Assembly (NCBI GenBank): GCA_010093605.1
Contig: MU004188.1
Span: forward strand, 2,185,918 to 2,239,608
Reading direction: 5' to 3'
From: Lophium mytilinum
Taxonomy: Eukaryota
DNA length: 53,691 nt
Shown: in pieces, positions 31,300 through 46,200 of the stretch
How positions within the stretch are numbered: the first letter of the stretch is position 1
How the letters are laid out: each line of letters begins with the position of its first letter
Program-made: the position numbers and the translations under genes
The notes under the pieces: generated by a model
What the model was told of the DNA's origin: nothing
The model's database searches: none
The model's input: only the letters and a program-made list of their open reading frames with translations

Positions 31300-34200
31300 T
31301 GTATATCAAATGATGGGGAGTGTGAAAGAATGAGCGAGGAATGGAGTCAATGTTTGGAATCAGTCCGGGTGTGTCGTGCGGCTGGCATCGCCTATAGGCA
31401 GATTGTGAGGCCCAAATGTGAGGCGGTGAGTCTAGCTACGCGTTATAGTTTTCCCGTGCCCCGTCGTGAGGTTTTTCAGGACGCTTCACCACAATCCATC
31501 CTCCAACAAACAACACCATCAGTAAGTCCATCAACGCACTCGATTATCTCGGTTGGCGTGTTCTTGGCAACTGAGAGCTTGCCGAGGGCTAGACGATGTC
31601 TGTCGGAGGAGCCAGACTGGCAATGGTGTGGCCTCAAAAGTAATGGGCACACTTATCGACTGTAAAAATGAGAGGTCCATTCCGTAAGGACGTAATCGTT
31701 GCAGTGATTGTCAGCACGCATTTGATCTCCAACGACGAGGTCTTCCTGTCTAGACTCAGATGTTTCAGATATCCTCTTCGGCCATTTCGCTGGTGACTGG
31801 TGAAATGAGTATCTGGGCGAATACGAAATTCGAGAATTTGAGGATCAGCATCTCCATTCGGGAGCTCTGCCTCAATCTCGTTCGGGCTCGTTTAGAGAAC
31901 CTCCTGGTCTCGAGGTTGTCGGAGGAGAGGCAAGGGAGAGTACGAGCAATTGAATTGGAAATCTATTCAACTTCTCAGAGCAGTTTTGTTCGGAACCAAG
32001 AAGTAAGCGTGGGGTTGCCCGGGCTGCAGTCATCTGGATATTTTCTGACGGAAGGGCCCATCTAGTCAGGAATTGAGCTCGGCGACTTTGCTGGACGCCT
32101 GAATTAAAAAGAGAAGTACGGTCTAGCTATTCTACCATCTTGCCGTCGAATCGGAATCAGAGAACGCGAGGAGAATCACAGACGCCTCAACGTATGAGAT
32201 AGTCGTAACGGGCTGAAGTACGAACTTCGAGGCATGGAAATGCACAGCGAGCAGTAAGAAGTTTTCTAGAGACAGCTACTATCGTCTCTGTTCGATTGGC
32301 TGGTAGCTGGACGAAAGAGTCTTTATCTTAAGCAACTTCTGGTTGGTCATTTGATCCGAGGCAAAGCACTCACGGCGACTCACCACTTCTTCTAGGAAAA
32401 TACCCATGCTTCCGGTGGCTCGGAATGGGTGCCTCCGGGCTCGAAGTACACTGGATCAAACGCAAAGAGGGCTGCACTTGGCGAGGAAGACGATGATAGC
32501 GGGCTATTGCATCTGGCACCAGAAATGCCTTCGCGTGAGTGTCTGTAGAATTGCCGCCCCCCACAGCGATGATTTCTGATTACCAGCAGCCAGACGGCCC
32601 ATCTAGCTTTACTTTATTTACGATCATCTCGATCGTTTCCGAACCCTTATCTTTCTCAGTCCTCTACCATATCTCTGGCCTTCAAATACGCGGTCATTGC
32701 CGAGAAACCCTTCAGCAGTTCCGTTCTTGCGGGTGCATGCACGTCGCCTAGAAGTCACCTTGTATCAATCGAGTACGCTGCCAGAGATCGGGCTGAGAAC
32801 TGATCTCCAGGGACAGCATTCAAGATGGGCTACCCTGAAAGTCCACTCAACTCTTTCATTTCTCTTGCAACAAAAATCAGCTGCCAACATCTGGCTTGTC
32901 TCTTCTGCTTCCCGACGCATTGACGCTCAACTCATTCAATAGTCAGCCATGAAATTTCTCTCGCAACGCAGCTATCATCATCTGTAGGTAGCTCGCTGAG
33001 ACTACTTGCCGCATTTGCAAGAACTCGAACGTCGCGTTAGCCTTGCAATGGTGCTCGTCGCTAGTCGGCACATTTTTGATGCATCAAGATCCTCGCCTAG
33101 CCACCATTTCCAACAATCAGGTGAGTTTTCTCGCCGCGGGGCGTTCCAGACATCTCGTGCGTCACCGGGTTAATTCGGCTTTCATTCAAGACGAAGTAGG
33201 ACGTAGCAGACGCGCCTGGTTTCGAAGGCGCAATGGATGAGCTCGAAGGGTGGCGCTGTACCGATGTCGAGAGAAGTACTTATAGCGTGTCGGAGGTGAG
33301 CTTTTCTGGAGTTGGGCGGTGACCTTCTCTAATGGTTCGAGTGATCGTATGCAGGGAGCAGCTAAACTACGGCCTAGGGTGTACGCTTGCGAGTACTTGA
33401 ATGTCCGTTTTCCCTCAGAAGCTTCTTCTCGGCAAAGACGGTATGACGGCGTTCGCAGTGTGCTTGGTATTTCTGCACTTCTCCGCGGTAGATTTCTGTT
33501 ATGGAGGCTTACCAGCGTGTACGAAGGGGACGAATGCAGTCACCGAGTATTTTCGAGCGCGTTGATATGGCTGCGGCCATGCTTCTGTTTACGAGGGTGG
33601 ATTGTTGTCCAGCACAGTCCTAACTGTCCTTCTCTCCAGCACCGTATGCTCCAAGGAACAATATACCCCCAGAAACGCACCGCACTTTGGGCCTATCTTA
33701 TTAGAGGGGAGTTGAGCGTTAAATGTAGCCGCGGTTGTAGTCGAATCGCTGGAGAGACAGGCACTCACTTTCCTGGGAGGGAGATAAGCGAAGTCTACAA
33801 ACCGCCCCAAGACTTATGACGAGGTTGCGCACGCCCTTGAAGAGATACCTCGTGACTTTCATGGTTCTAGGGTAGTGTGGTTGAAGTCGGGTGGTCTTCA
33901 GGGAGGCTTCTGATACCTCCTAAAGTCGATGAGCGACAGTAGTCGCAACGCATATAGTCGTGGCCCGCAAGTCATATCGCATGCAGTCCTAGACGTCGTG
34001 GGAGTATTGGTTTGCAGTCAGCTTCTGATGTAGGCGGGAGGAAGGCTGGGTGCATTACGTCTCCCCCGAAATGAAACCCGAGTAATGACAACGGGACGGT
34101 CGACGCTTACCGATGAATTCTAAGAGACGACTCCACACTAACTCGCTGTCGTGCCTCTCCAGCTGACTCAAACGTGTGCACTGAACGTCAGCTTGCGTTC

Positions 34201-37200
34201 TTTATTGTTTTTGGCGACGAGCACTTTATTCTATGTGAGGGGTTGACCAGACTGAAGGAAGTTCTGCTTTACGTCAAGCAAGGCAGAAGCAGCTCGCCTT
34301 CAACGTATTACACCGTCGCATTCGAAGTAGCCGATGAGGACCTGAGTACAGGATACTGGAACGCTCCATGCTTGGAGCAGAAATTTCGAACGACGAAGTC
34401 ATAACCACCACCGCTTCCCCAACGGACATACCCACTGACGTGAATAGAGTCCCAAGATCCCGCATTCCGACTCAATGAACACTGAAGGCTCCGCCCCATT
34501 GCTTCGCGAGGACGGGGACCATCTCTATCGAATTTCCAGGCGCCAAAAGGCGCAACCGTACAGAGCCCGCTCGCCACAGCTTACGGAACCTCGATACTAG
34601 CAAAGAAGAGATTGCCGTGGAGGCTATTTGCCGCAGAGGTTCCTTGTAGATGACCTACTGACTACACTGCAATTGTGAGATTCACTCCGTAAAATTCTCT
34701 TCTCAGGCACATTGGCATCAAACCCTATCTTCTCCATCGTCTACTCCAGTTTCTTCGCTTCCATCCCTGTGAGAAGATCATGGGAACCCTTGCAGAAGCC
34801 TCCAGATATTTGGTCGGGAATGGCCTCGAGATGATAGGCAAGGTTGGAGACCGACAGACGAGCTGCTCAGGAAAACCCGCTGCGTCGAAGTAGCTCGCTG
34901 GTATTGAATGAGGCATATGCGAGCAATCTACACTGCTGTGCCGTGTGTGGTATGCCTTTTGCTTTGAGAAGTGGCTCGATCTCGCCATTGGATTTGCGTA
35001 TAGCGATGGGACTGCGGTGCGATAGTCTCCGGTCACTGCATGTTCGAAGTCTCCAGCAATTTGATCTCCTGAATTTTCCCCAGCCTATCATCTTGTGTGG
35101 CTTTCAGAAACGTGTTCCGCTTCCTAGACGTTGTTGGCGATGACGGCGTGGTGGCAGTCTCGCGAGCTTATGAGAAGAATTGGAACCTCTAGTAGGAGAA
35201 GATACTTGACCTGATAATCTCCACAAACGCCGGGCGGTAGTGGAACCGCACGTGGTCCTTGAAGTTGGAGATCAGAGCGAGCGCAGACTTTTCGTAAATC
35301 GAGGCCCACTATCCATGACTTCCCTACACGGGAGGTCGCCGCTCCGCTTGAGAGCATTCAACTGTTTTAAAGGATAGAGACACTCCTCGAAGGCGGTATG
35401 TGCCCATCGACTCGGTTGCTCGGAGAGGAAATTCGACGGGGTTTAATATATCTCGTCAATTCAGCAACGCATCCGTACCGTAGTCAGAGTATCAAAACCG
35501 GAGGCACGGGAGAGTTGAGGACCGCAGGTATGGAGAAGTGCGCTCGTCAGGCCTTGCGGTGGTGACGGATATCAAGTGGCCTATCATGAGGGGGTCACGA
35601 CTATTTGTTTTGGGGACCGGCATAGCTCTTTGAGGCGTGCAAGATACTTGGTAGCTTGAAATCTAACTAGTCCGCAGCAATTCACGAAGCAGCTACTATC
35701 CTCCGCCTTCATTTCCAGGGCGGACCACAAAGCTCAATATGTCCCCGCTCTCGATACCAAAGGAGGCAGTACCGACCATTCTGGGGCCTTCTGTTGCTGT
35801 GCCATTTCCGTAACGACACTACGCACACGAGATCACTTCATCAAAGAAGAGAAGACCACGGATACACCTCAAGTGGACGTGATGCAAATTGCCTCTCTGC
35901 CGAGGAGTGACAGTCACCCGCGTGCCTTTGCGGTAATTCGTTGGACATAGGCAGCACAAATCTGGACAGAAGAAATCAAGAGTGATTCCCATCCTGTACT
36001 GATCGTCAAAGCCAGAACGATCTTGCTGTTTAGATATCCAGAACGCATTGCAGACTTAGACTGACAAACGCTGGTGGAGCACGCGATCAAAAGCCGCAAC
36101 CAGCTCCATGACGCGTGCTCTGAACAGGAGTTCGAAGTTCTGTGTATCCGCCCACAACCACCCAGCCGCCTGCGCCAACGAATTCAGCATCACCCTCTGT
36201 GCGATGTTCACCTCGGTTTCGTGACCTACCCCAAATCTGGTGAGCTTTCATTATATTGCGAGCCGCAATTGAGAATCCGACACGCAGTTGTAGGCCCCAT
36301 CGCGGACAATGAAGAATTTTCGACTATTTCCTGATTATTGTGCTTTATGGAAGGGATCTCTCAGTCAGATTCGGTTGCCTATTTGCGCACGGGGTCCATG
36401 GCAGGTGACGACCTCAAGATCTTGCTGCCCGAATGGTTGACGGTTAGCGAATTCAAGCCGAACTGAGGCAGGCTGTGTCCATTCGCTTTCGACGACCATG
36501 TAGTTCTATCGCATTCCATCAACTCCGTCCCGTGTCTTGCACGAGGCAACTTTATCATCCTCTCATGCTGGATTGGCGCTTTGGGTTCGACCTACCGCAG
36601 TGTCTCGCGTTGAACCCCACCCAGCGTCTTGCACACGACGGCCATGTCGTGCTGCCATTCCCAATGGCTGAAGGTTCGCGTTGGATGCCACGCCGGCATC
36701 TTGCAACGCAATTCCTGCTGGTGTTCTAGATGTGACGGTGGCTTCGCCTTGTCGCCCTAGATAGTCTGCGGATTACATTCGACTCTGCGCCGCTATTATT
36801 GCTATATTCGCTAGAGTTCTGGATCTGAGCAGGACTGATTCGAAATCCACGAGCTAGAGACTGTCGATTGCACGTACACTCTTCGCCGGTGTCATGTCAC
36901 TGAAGGCCCTTGACGATGAAGTGCTGGCTTTGGACGTGGTTACGGCGTTGGTATGATTCCGCTCGCCTTTCATTAGGTGTCTTCTTGGGCCTTTGGGGAC
37001 GTTCCTCCGCTATGGTGTTCTGGTCCGAGCGAATAGTCTGCTGTGATGGTTGAAAAACTGGTGCTTGCTTTTTCGAGGGCGGAGAACGAGTGAGGAGTCC
37101 AGCTGAACTACGAGGATAAATCGCGAGTTGAGCGGGATAAAGGAGATGGGGTTGGTGTTGCACAGATACGCAGAGGAAGCTCTAAGCATAGAAACACGTA

Positions 37201-40200
37201 AATGCTCTCGTGGAGGTGAACTTACTTGAACTTGGTGGGTTCTCCAGCTCTGCAAGGCACAGAAAGGAAACGTTTTAGGCATAAGAGGCAAATGCCCTAG
37301 GCATCGAGGATCCTATGAGGCCCTCTCCTACCGGGCTTTACGGACGCAGTGAGCTACTGACTCGGGAGAGGTGGTGTCTTCTAAACCACTTTGGAATTGC
37401 GTAATGCTAGAGCGAGTGTGGTTCGGTGGTTGCGACCGTCTCCTTCCTTGCTACGGTGATGATCAACTACGAGAGAACGCATCCGCACAGTATGGAAGAG
37501 CTTTGGCATCTTGTACGGAGCACGAAGAAGACTCTTTTGTCATAGAGTTATTAGTAGCCGAGAGTCGAGCGGTCCCAGCCGACTTTCCATGAACATATCT
37601 ACAAAGGAGAAAGAGGCGTACGAGCCGTTCGTGCCTTCAATTTCCCAAATGCCTGCTGAGTGTTACAGACAAGTACCACAGGTTTCAACGGCTCTCTTCT
37701 GATAAGCAGACGTAGCCCTCACAAGGTCTCTGATCTCGTTACGAGATGCCAAGATGGCATACTAGGCGTTCCCAAATGACCATCCACGACGACAGAGACT
37801 GTCAGGCTAGGTCGCGCAGAATGTACTTGTCATCACAAGGTGAACTATGGAGACCTGACTCGCGGGAATGCTAGTTCTAGCAAGTACTTCACCCTCCGCT
37901 CCCTCAAAACCCACACGGTCACCCACTTGACTCTCCGATGATCCTCTGCACAAAATCGTACTGCTCGGGCAATGACCACGAATGTCCATGTGCATGAACT
38001 CCGTATGACTTGGTGGCATCGTTAATTGAGAATCTTTGTTCTGAGCTCGTGGCAGCGATCTCACGGACACCAAGGAGGGGATAGATCTCATACGGGATGA
38101 AAATCTTCGCTGGACGAGCTCGGGGCCACATCAATCCACGCGGAAGGTCTGTAGCGAGTGCTAAGAAAGAGGTGTGTACCTCGTCCTACTTCTTTTATGT
38201 AGGAGAGAATGATAACCGCCGAGGAGAGAAATGCAGGAAATACACCACAGCCTGGGAGCGAGTTTTGGCAGTGTGCTCATGAGAAAACGACAGGATTGCT
38301 ACACGAGGCACGAACCTTTGACAAATGCGCACTGGTGGAGACTAGTTTGCCAAGCGACTGAAGCGAATTTAAAAGCAAGGCGGTGGTGCTAGGGAAGGTA
38401 GCAAATCGGAATCGAAGGAAGGAGGAAGTATGCAGAGATCTTCTGGATGGAGGCTTCTTGAAATGTGGTTCTCCCACAAGAGACCGTCTAAAGTCTAGTG
38501 CCGATATCTTAGATATTCTCTACACAGCTCACTCGGCAGCCCTGAATTCATGTATCTACAACATTGCCACTCCCGTTGACCCCGAATGCCTCGTCCTAGT
38601 ATCTTACATCTCTCAAAGTGTGGACCGGAAAATGAACTAGACAATCTGAGAAATAGAAGAGCTGCTCGCATACGCAGGAAGACCTTTGTACCCGTCCAAG
38701 AGATGGAAGGGAATGTGAAGAAAGATGCTATGCCTAGCGAAGACCTCCTCCAAGTTAAGTTCCCGGCAAACCGCTCATGATTATGGCGAGCTTTGAACGT
38801 GAAGGTGTTCTTCATCTGACTACTGGGAGGGCACGTAGGATAAGAACCCAGTGAGAACCAATTCGACGTAACTATAGATAGACTAGGCTAGGTACGTAAG
38901 CCTCCTACCTACGAATTTGTGCCGACCTTGTTCCTGAAAAGATATCCACAAGGAGTCCTAGGACCACTCCCATGTCTCCCCTAGCCTCCCAGTGAGAGGG
39001 ACTCGGAGCGATGCATATGAACCTGTAATTGAGGATGACGAAGCGGCAGTAGCAACCGTTCACCCGATGTCAGGTCTTGAAGGCGTGCGAGCAAGTGACG
39101 GGGCGTCTGAATTTTTCACAAGATGAGCTCCAATGATTCGACCTGCGAATTATGCTAGAAGGCGCTAAATCGCCGATGAGGATCCAGGAAATGGCATCGG
39201 AGACAGATGAGGGTTTCTCTCGTTGCAGGAGGACTACGTAGGAACAGGTTTGAAGCCCCTTTCCTTTTCGCTAGCCACAACACCAGCCAGCGATCCTCGC
39301 GAAGAGTCCACCACTCCGCCTTCATTGCTGCAACAGCACGGGATGGGCGGTCGAGTACCTTGTCAAGGTAAAGGAAGGACGGTATAATAGTCTGAGACAA
39401 CAAAGGTGGGGAGCGATAGGGCATTGTTTTCTCGAAGGCGCCCTAGTCATTTATTGATCTCCGCGATGGGTGGTAGGCGCCAAAAGATGGTGGACTGCGT
39501 GTGTTGCGAAGATGCAGAGCGAGAGGCGGAGCAAAGATACTACCAATGAGAGTAAAAGTCGCAGCTTCGATGGCTGGAAGTCCGTCCCTTGATAACCCCG
39601 GCCGCCTATCCGGAACGAAATTCTGGAGTCTTCGGTAGAGGACGTGGCAACGAAACGACCTCGCTGTCACCAAGGGTCCGCACGTCTCTCGTTGGAAGAT
39701 TTGCCAGCTTGCATAATCTTCACGATCTGGCACTAGCGAGTCTCCCAACGAGGACGACAGGAATCCCGGTGGCAGAGAGGTTTCAAATTGGCAGATATGT
39801 GCCTCACCGTATAAGTCATCTCAAGCTGCGTTTGGTCAGTACTCTTGGGCCTGGAACAATTCAACTTGGGCTCCCATACCGTCCAGCCTCCAGACATCGA
39901 TGTCATGCACGCGACCTGGAATCATGTTGAACGTGTCTCGATGGCGGTGAAGTTCTCACGCTGCCGATCGTCGTTCTAGGGGAAGATTCGTGGGTTGGGT
40001 GGAAGTGGGAACCCTGAAATCATCTCCTTGAGCTTTCGGAACAGTCTTCCAGGCAATGAGGTACGATCGACGACGACACCGTTGTAGAAAGCCCCCGAGA
40101 GGTCTGCCTCCGGATGACCTATCGTCACGAATGCAGTAGAAGGAGGAGCGAGGCAGCGAACGCTGATAGATACGGCATTGTAATCGACTTCAATTCGCCG

Positions 40201-43200
40201 GAGGGATGCCTATGGTGTCGCCCAGGAATTCGGCGTAGGTGCGCGCTGGGAAGTTCTGGTGGTGAAAGTCATGCTCGTGAAAGTCAAGTCTATGAGAGGC
40301 TTCTTCATGGGAGACTCATTTATGGGCGGCGACTTCGTGCCCCCCTGCTGGTTCACGCCAAAGCCAGCAAGAATGCCGTTCTTGGAGCCCTGATTGCAGC
40401 GTTCGCCGGCTTGGAGTCGAACGCAGCCCGGCATTCATCTAAATCAGCAAGACTATATGACGAAGGCGTTTGGGACATTAGCATGGATTCGCCGAGGTTG
40501 CTAAAATAAACTCGGAGGTGATCGAATACAACCAGTCTTCGTATCGGGGCGAGGTCGCATGTCGAGTACTATTCAGGGCAGCAACATGACAAGGTCGTCG
40601 CCTGGCATAGATTCCAGGTACTGATTCACGACCAGGCTTATTTTAAATGACGCCCCGCTCCGATCCTTACGCTCAGAGGTCCAGCGGTTACAGATCCGTC
40701 AGAAATTGAAGCTCCCAACGTTGGTAGCTGGGTTGGTGCGGCACAGTGCCTGTTATCTGGAAGTATTCCAAACAAGGAGTAGGAATGGCAAGGAATCTCT
40801 GGGTGCTAGGGCGGCGTGGAGAGAGATGGGGATTTCTTCGATGCCGGTGCACGGATGATGGGGCTGGGTTCTCAAAGCTGAGATTTTCGAACTTCTTTTC
40901 AGAATCAAGCCAGGCAGAGTGGACTCCTGGCTTTAGTCGCCTCGTTTACGAGGTTTAGAGGGCGGGTCCAGTGTGGAAATGCGCTTTCATATGACAGCAA
41001 CGACCTGGTATGGCCCACTCAGACCTGGCGTTTCGTCTGACATGCTATGGCAAGTCCCGGAGTGCTAGACGATGAGGCAAACTGGGTCAGTATCTTTTCC
41101 CCTTGGTGAGGTTGTTTGATAAACTGAACCACGTTTGCGGTAGGCCTGTCTGCCGTATTTACGCTTCAAAGTTTGCTGAGTAGAGCGCAAAATTCATGTA
41201 TGCTACCGTCAGGGGAAACGGCAAGTCAATTAAGGACGCGAGCGATAGCCTTCGCAGTCTTTCGGTCTCGATGATTGTCGCAGAGGAGGGCTGCGTTGAC
41301 TTCTAAATTGCGTGAAGGCATAAGCGGAAATCGCTCCAGACCTCGAGTTGGCCTACCTTATCCCATGAGGCGTTCTCCCATAGGGTTTGACGTGGGGAGT
41401 TGCTATCTCGGGAGAAATAGTATTTCAGCTCCTCATCTCTCACGGCAGCGACGAAGACGCAGTGATGGGCCTGGAGAGAATTCAAAAGCGGAGATCGAAA
41501 ACCCGCACACAGTGATGGGCAGGCTCGAGGGAGTTGGCAGATAAGCTCAGGGGGTAGCTGTGTGAAGCTGCTAGTAAGGTAGAAGTGTCCGAGAGTGAAC
41601 TCGGAGTCCGTACAGTTTTCTCCTTCTTACATTTCAGCAGAGACGACTACTCGTGGCCGAAACGATTTCCGTGCGACATCTGTCCGTTCATTCCATCGCC
41701 AAAGGTTTGGCCATGGACGAGGTCATAGACAACGACAGGGTCGTGGACGATGTCAGAGGCCAAGAAAAGACTCCCACGAACGTGAGCCAAACCACCTCGA
41801 CTTGATTGAGACGCGAAATAGACTAAGCTTCCAGCTATGACCTAACGCCAACCTCTCGAGCACACCGAACTTTACAGGACCTAAGGCTGGATTACCTATC
41901 TAGAGCACTGAAGGACCTAGTGATCAGAGCAAGCAACGACTTCCATGTAGCGTGCTCCGAAAAGGAGTTCGAGTAGCTGAAAACGGAAAGATGAGAACTG
42001 GGGAATCCTTCGAAGCCCTGTCGCTTTTATTCCCCTGACCTAGTGACACAGCTAGCTATGCTGGCAGATATCGATCTGCCAGCTTCCCAGACTCTTGAAG
42101 CTTTTCGAATAGAGAATACGAGCCAAGAGGCAGAGAAAGAGAAAAATCACTTTGCGGCGGAGCAGGCGGAGCGGCAGAATAATGCTCGGACGCAGATCGA
42201 GGGAACGCACTAGGTGGAGGAGATGATAGCCGTGACACTGTGTTGGAGAAAGTAGATACGATGAGACGAGAGATAGAGGAGGAGAAAGATCACCTAGCAC
42301 AGGAGTTGGCGGGGTGCAGTATAGCTGCCGCAGATACAGCGAGCAGATTGAAGAGGCAAGATGCAGAAGAGGAGAAAGATTTCTCGGCGCTGGAGTGGGC
42401 AGAGCGCGTCTAGAGAAATGATGGCTCGCAAAGAAGAACAAGAGGTAAGTCGTACATCAGAAGGCCGGTCGTGTTACAACGGAAGTACCACTCCTCAACG
42501 GAGAGCAGCAAACATTGCCAGGAAGAACTTGCAGCAGTGGACAAGAACCAAGTCTCTTAAGAGAGAAGCACGAACGCAGGAACCGGGCTGGAAGGCGAAG
42601 ATGGTCTCGACGCTTTGCGGAAAGGGAGATTTTGAGAGGAGACAAGAGGCAGAGAAAGAGGGAGCTCATACAACATCCGTGTTAATCAGACGCCAGGATA
42701 AAGGCCACGACTGGAGAGAATGATGGCTCGCAGGGTAGAACACGAAATGCACCGCAGGGGAGAACAGAAAAACTTTCTGCAGAACAAAACGCCGCTCGTG
42801 TTATAGTTGGAGCACCGCTTCTTACAGCACGGCAGCAAACATTGCGGCGAGAAATTTTTCATTAATCGAGGAGGATCACGTATCTTGAAAGAGGAGTGCG
42901 AATGCGGGATACCCTTCGAACGGCGTTGACGACACGGGTACTGGAACGGTGCGTCTTGACGGCGGATACGCCATCGAGATTGCTTTTACTGATGGTGATA
43001 GATGAAATGGCAAAGACGTGACGAGGAGTTCGCATACCATCACGTCAACAACGTTCGCTCCGTTCGAGGAAAGTGAACGAAGAGACTGAGATAGAGAGAC
43101 AGAAAGATCATCCAGCGTGGGAGTCGGCAGAGAGATCACGGTCGTGCCTGAAGAGACCGAAGTATCGCTGAACCGAGGAGAAAGACCACCTAGCGCTGGA

Positions 43201-46200
43201 GTCGGCTGACTACTAGCATGCCAGCCACATATACAGCAAGGCAACAGACCGGAGGGAGAAGAGAACACCCTTGAGATGATGAGAGAGGCCAAAGACAGAG
43301 AAGGGAAAGTCTCGTCTAGATGTGCAGCTGGCCGAGTGCTAAGATGATGGTCGCATCGGTAGCGAGAGGACGAAGTGGAAAGAGAGTATGGTGCCGGTTA
43401 TCCCCTGCTCGAGACCGTCATGCGGGAGCTGGAGCAATGCGTCTCCACAGCGGACAGGTCATTGAGGTCACTCTCATTGACGGCCAGTGCAGCAGGGATG
43501 AGACGGTGCAACGAGAGGATTGCGGAGACTGTGACCGTCGGCGGCTCCACCCGTAGAAGAGAAAGTATGAGAAAAGGCAAATGGCAGAATGGAGTGACTG
43601 TGACAGGATATTAGCCGCATGTACAACGAGGAGATCGGATTAGAAGGGGATCATGATGCGGGATATCCCGCGAGTGAAACAAGTAATACGAGAGCAAGAG
43701 GAGTACGTGTCGCAAGCCATAGTAGTCGCGGAGAGTCCGGTGGGTATGAATGATCCCGGGATGGTGTCCATTGATGATATCGGCGGTCCACATAACGTGG
43801 TACGGAGTATTTAGAAAACGATACAGTGAACGAAGTTCGCCCAGTATCTTCCTGCTGCCACGACGCCCAGCTTTGGAAACCTCCTGCGATTATTCGTACC
43901 GTGGTACCGAAGCTTGATGCCAAACGTCCAAGTCCTATCTGCTCCTCATTGCATGGCGGTCATTTCGTGCGGTACATATTCCGCAAATCAGCGCAACGAA
44001 GCCGCGTAACACAGAATCAAGCGGGGGCAACAGAGAGAGCAAAAACACGATGTGTGGAGAAGAGGATTGATTTCGTTAGAGTCTAAATTTGGGCGGATTT
44101 CAGGAACCATGATCTGAGCCAAGGGGTTGTTCGCAGAAGTAAGAGTCATTGGGGTTACAAACTTTCTGAAGAGCCGCTCTTTTAAATCAGACGATGATGG
44201 AGCGAGTCGGAGTCTTGCTACAGAGCATTGCGGGTGAACAGAACGCAAGCTGCGATCTAGAGGCAGAGTTCTTCCAGTATACCGACTACCTTGACAGCTC
44301 AGTACTCGTCGATGAGGAGCGCGACTCAGCGAGTGCATGGGTATACCACAAGCTTGCGCTGGAATCGCCTAAGATTAGATAGTGGGCAGAGGAGCACAGG
44401 AGATACGGAGATAAACATCAGGCAGTGCTGGAGGAGAGAAAAGGAGAAGGAGGAGAAATATGGGTGTTGATCTCTGACGGGGTCTTGATACTATCCAAAC
44501 TTCGGCATGTCTGGGAAGAATGAAGTGCTCCGTGCTCAGCTCGTTGACGTTCTACCAGCCCTTTGCTGGCGAGAAGCGATTTGGTAATTGGCCAAGGGGT
44601 TGGACGTTCAGAGGAGCGTCGCTAAAATATATCCTGAGCTATGAGGGTCTATGCCCATTGCGGCGGGCAACGCGGCCGAGGTGCATGTGACGAGCCGCAT
44701 CGCCTCCATATTTCGGGGGGTCCGTTTCGTGCCCTCGGGATTGATCCAAAACTTTTCGTTTGCCGTGCTGCAGCTAAGATGTCGCGGCTCGCTATGGGGA
44801 GTTGAAACGCAGTCAAATGGAAAGCGCCCACTGATGTCGATTGATCATATGTCGGGAGCTAGATCGCCCGCCGTCTGATTTCGTTCGTCAAGGGGCATAT
44901 CGCGCCGTTGTCTCGAACACTGCTGACGGCAGCGTGTTGCTCTGTTAGATTTCCTAAAGCTCTGCAGACGGTGAGCAGTTTAACGCGAGGGATGAAATTG
45001 GCAGATGACGAAAGCTATGAATACAAGAACTGTGCGACTGATGGCTCATGGAGCAATAAGAGGTGCGGCGGAGGTGCATTTTCTTTTTGCAGAGTCAGCG
45101 CAAGGACCGGATGAGGAGCACTGGTCACGTTAGCGATGCTTACCCCAAACGTGGGTTCGATCCCTCCACAAGCTTCAGGGTCGCCTTACCCTGGCACTCG
45201 TATCTTTTCCTCCACAAATAACGCGGCTCTATACTCACTGAGATGCAATTTACACGCCACCGACCTCTCGCATTAGGATGGAAGAATGAAGGACGCGATA
45301 GAAATGGCCCAGGGAGCCTCATCCGCCATATGGAACCGCTAGACGGGCGTTGTCAGCCTTGTGCTAAATGACGCACTCACGGTTACCTCCCGGGCAGGTG
45401 TGTATCATTTGCGGCTCCGGTTATCCCGTTCAAGCCAATTTCCTTCGAACCAAAGGGCTTTCTGTAGGGTATTCGGATCTCAGGTGGGACTTGGGGTCAC
45501 TCGTGAGGTATCAGCGGGCGGGAGTTACTGCTAGAGTCCGTGCAAAGATACGGCGTGGTGCGAATCTTGGACCAGTATCCACTGAGCAAAGACGGAGGGC
45601 AAAGGGAGGTCACACGATCTTGATACGACGGTGGTTGTTAGAATACGGCGATCGTGAAGGGCCAGTGGTATTGGATAACCAGCGCTTGGAGTCTCACGGC
45701 CTTCGAACCTGTGAGATTCGTTCAGAAAGTCGGTGAGGATGCGCGTGGTATGAACCGTGACAGTAGTGTCCATTGATGAGGAGTCGAAGTGGTGTTGAAA
45801 AGCGAGATGGAGACGATCTGATGTGGAACTGCAACCTCACCACTCCTCCTCGTATTCCTCCGCAATTGGACTGCCACACGAGCAGGTTTCTTTCAAAACC
45901 AAGTGGTAAGATGAGACGCTGTTATTCGAGACGTCTGTTGACTTGCCGTATAGGCACTCCTATACGCATTGTAGATCCTGCCATGTTCCAAGATCTTTAC
46001 CACGAAGCCGTGGAGACGTTGACTTCCACCCGTCGCTTCTAGGCCGCAGGCCGACCCCTATAAGGAGACTCGATGAGCTGGAGTCTTTCAGAGGGCACCC
46101 AAGGCCGGTAAATCTTTTTCATGCTGGTGGGCAGAGCATCCGCGGTCGTCTTTCAAGTTCCAATTGACCTACCACAAGTATTACACAAACTTGATCGCAA

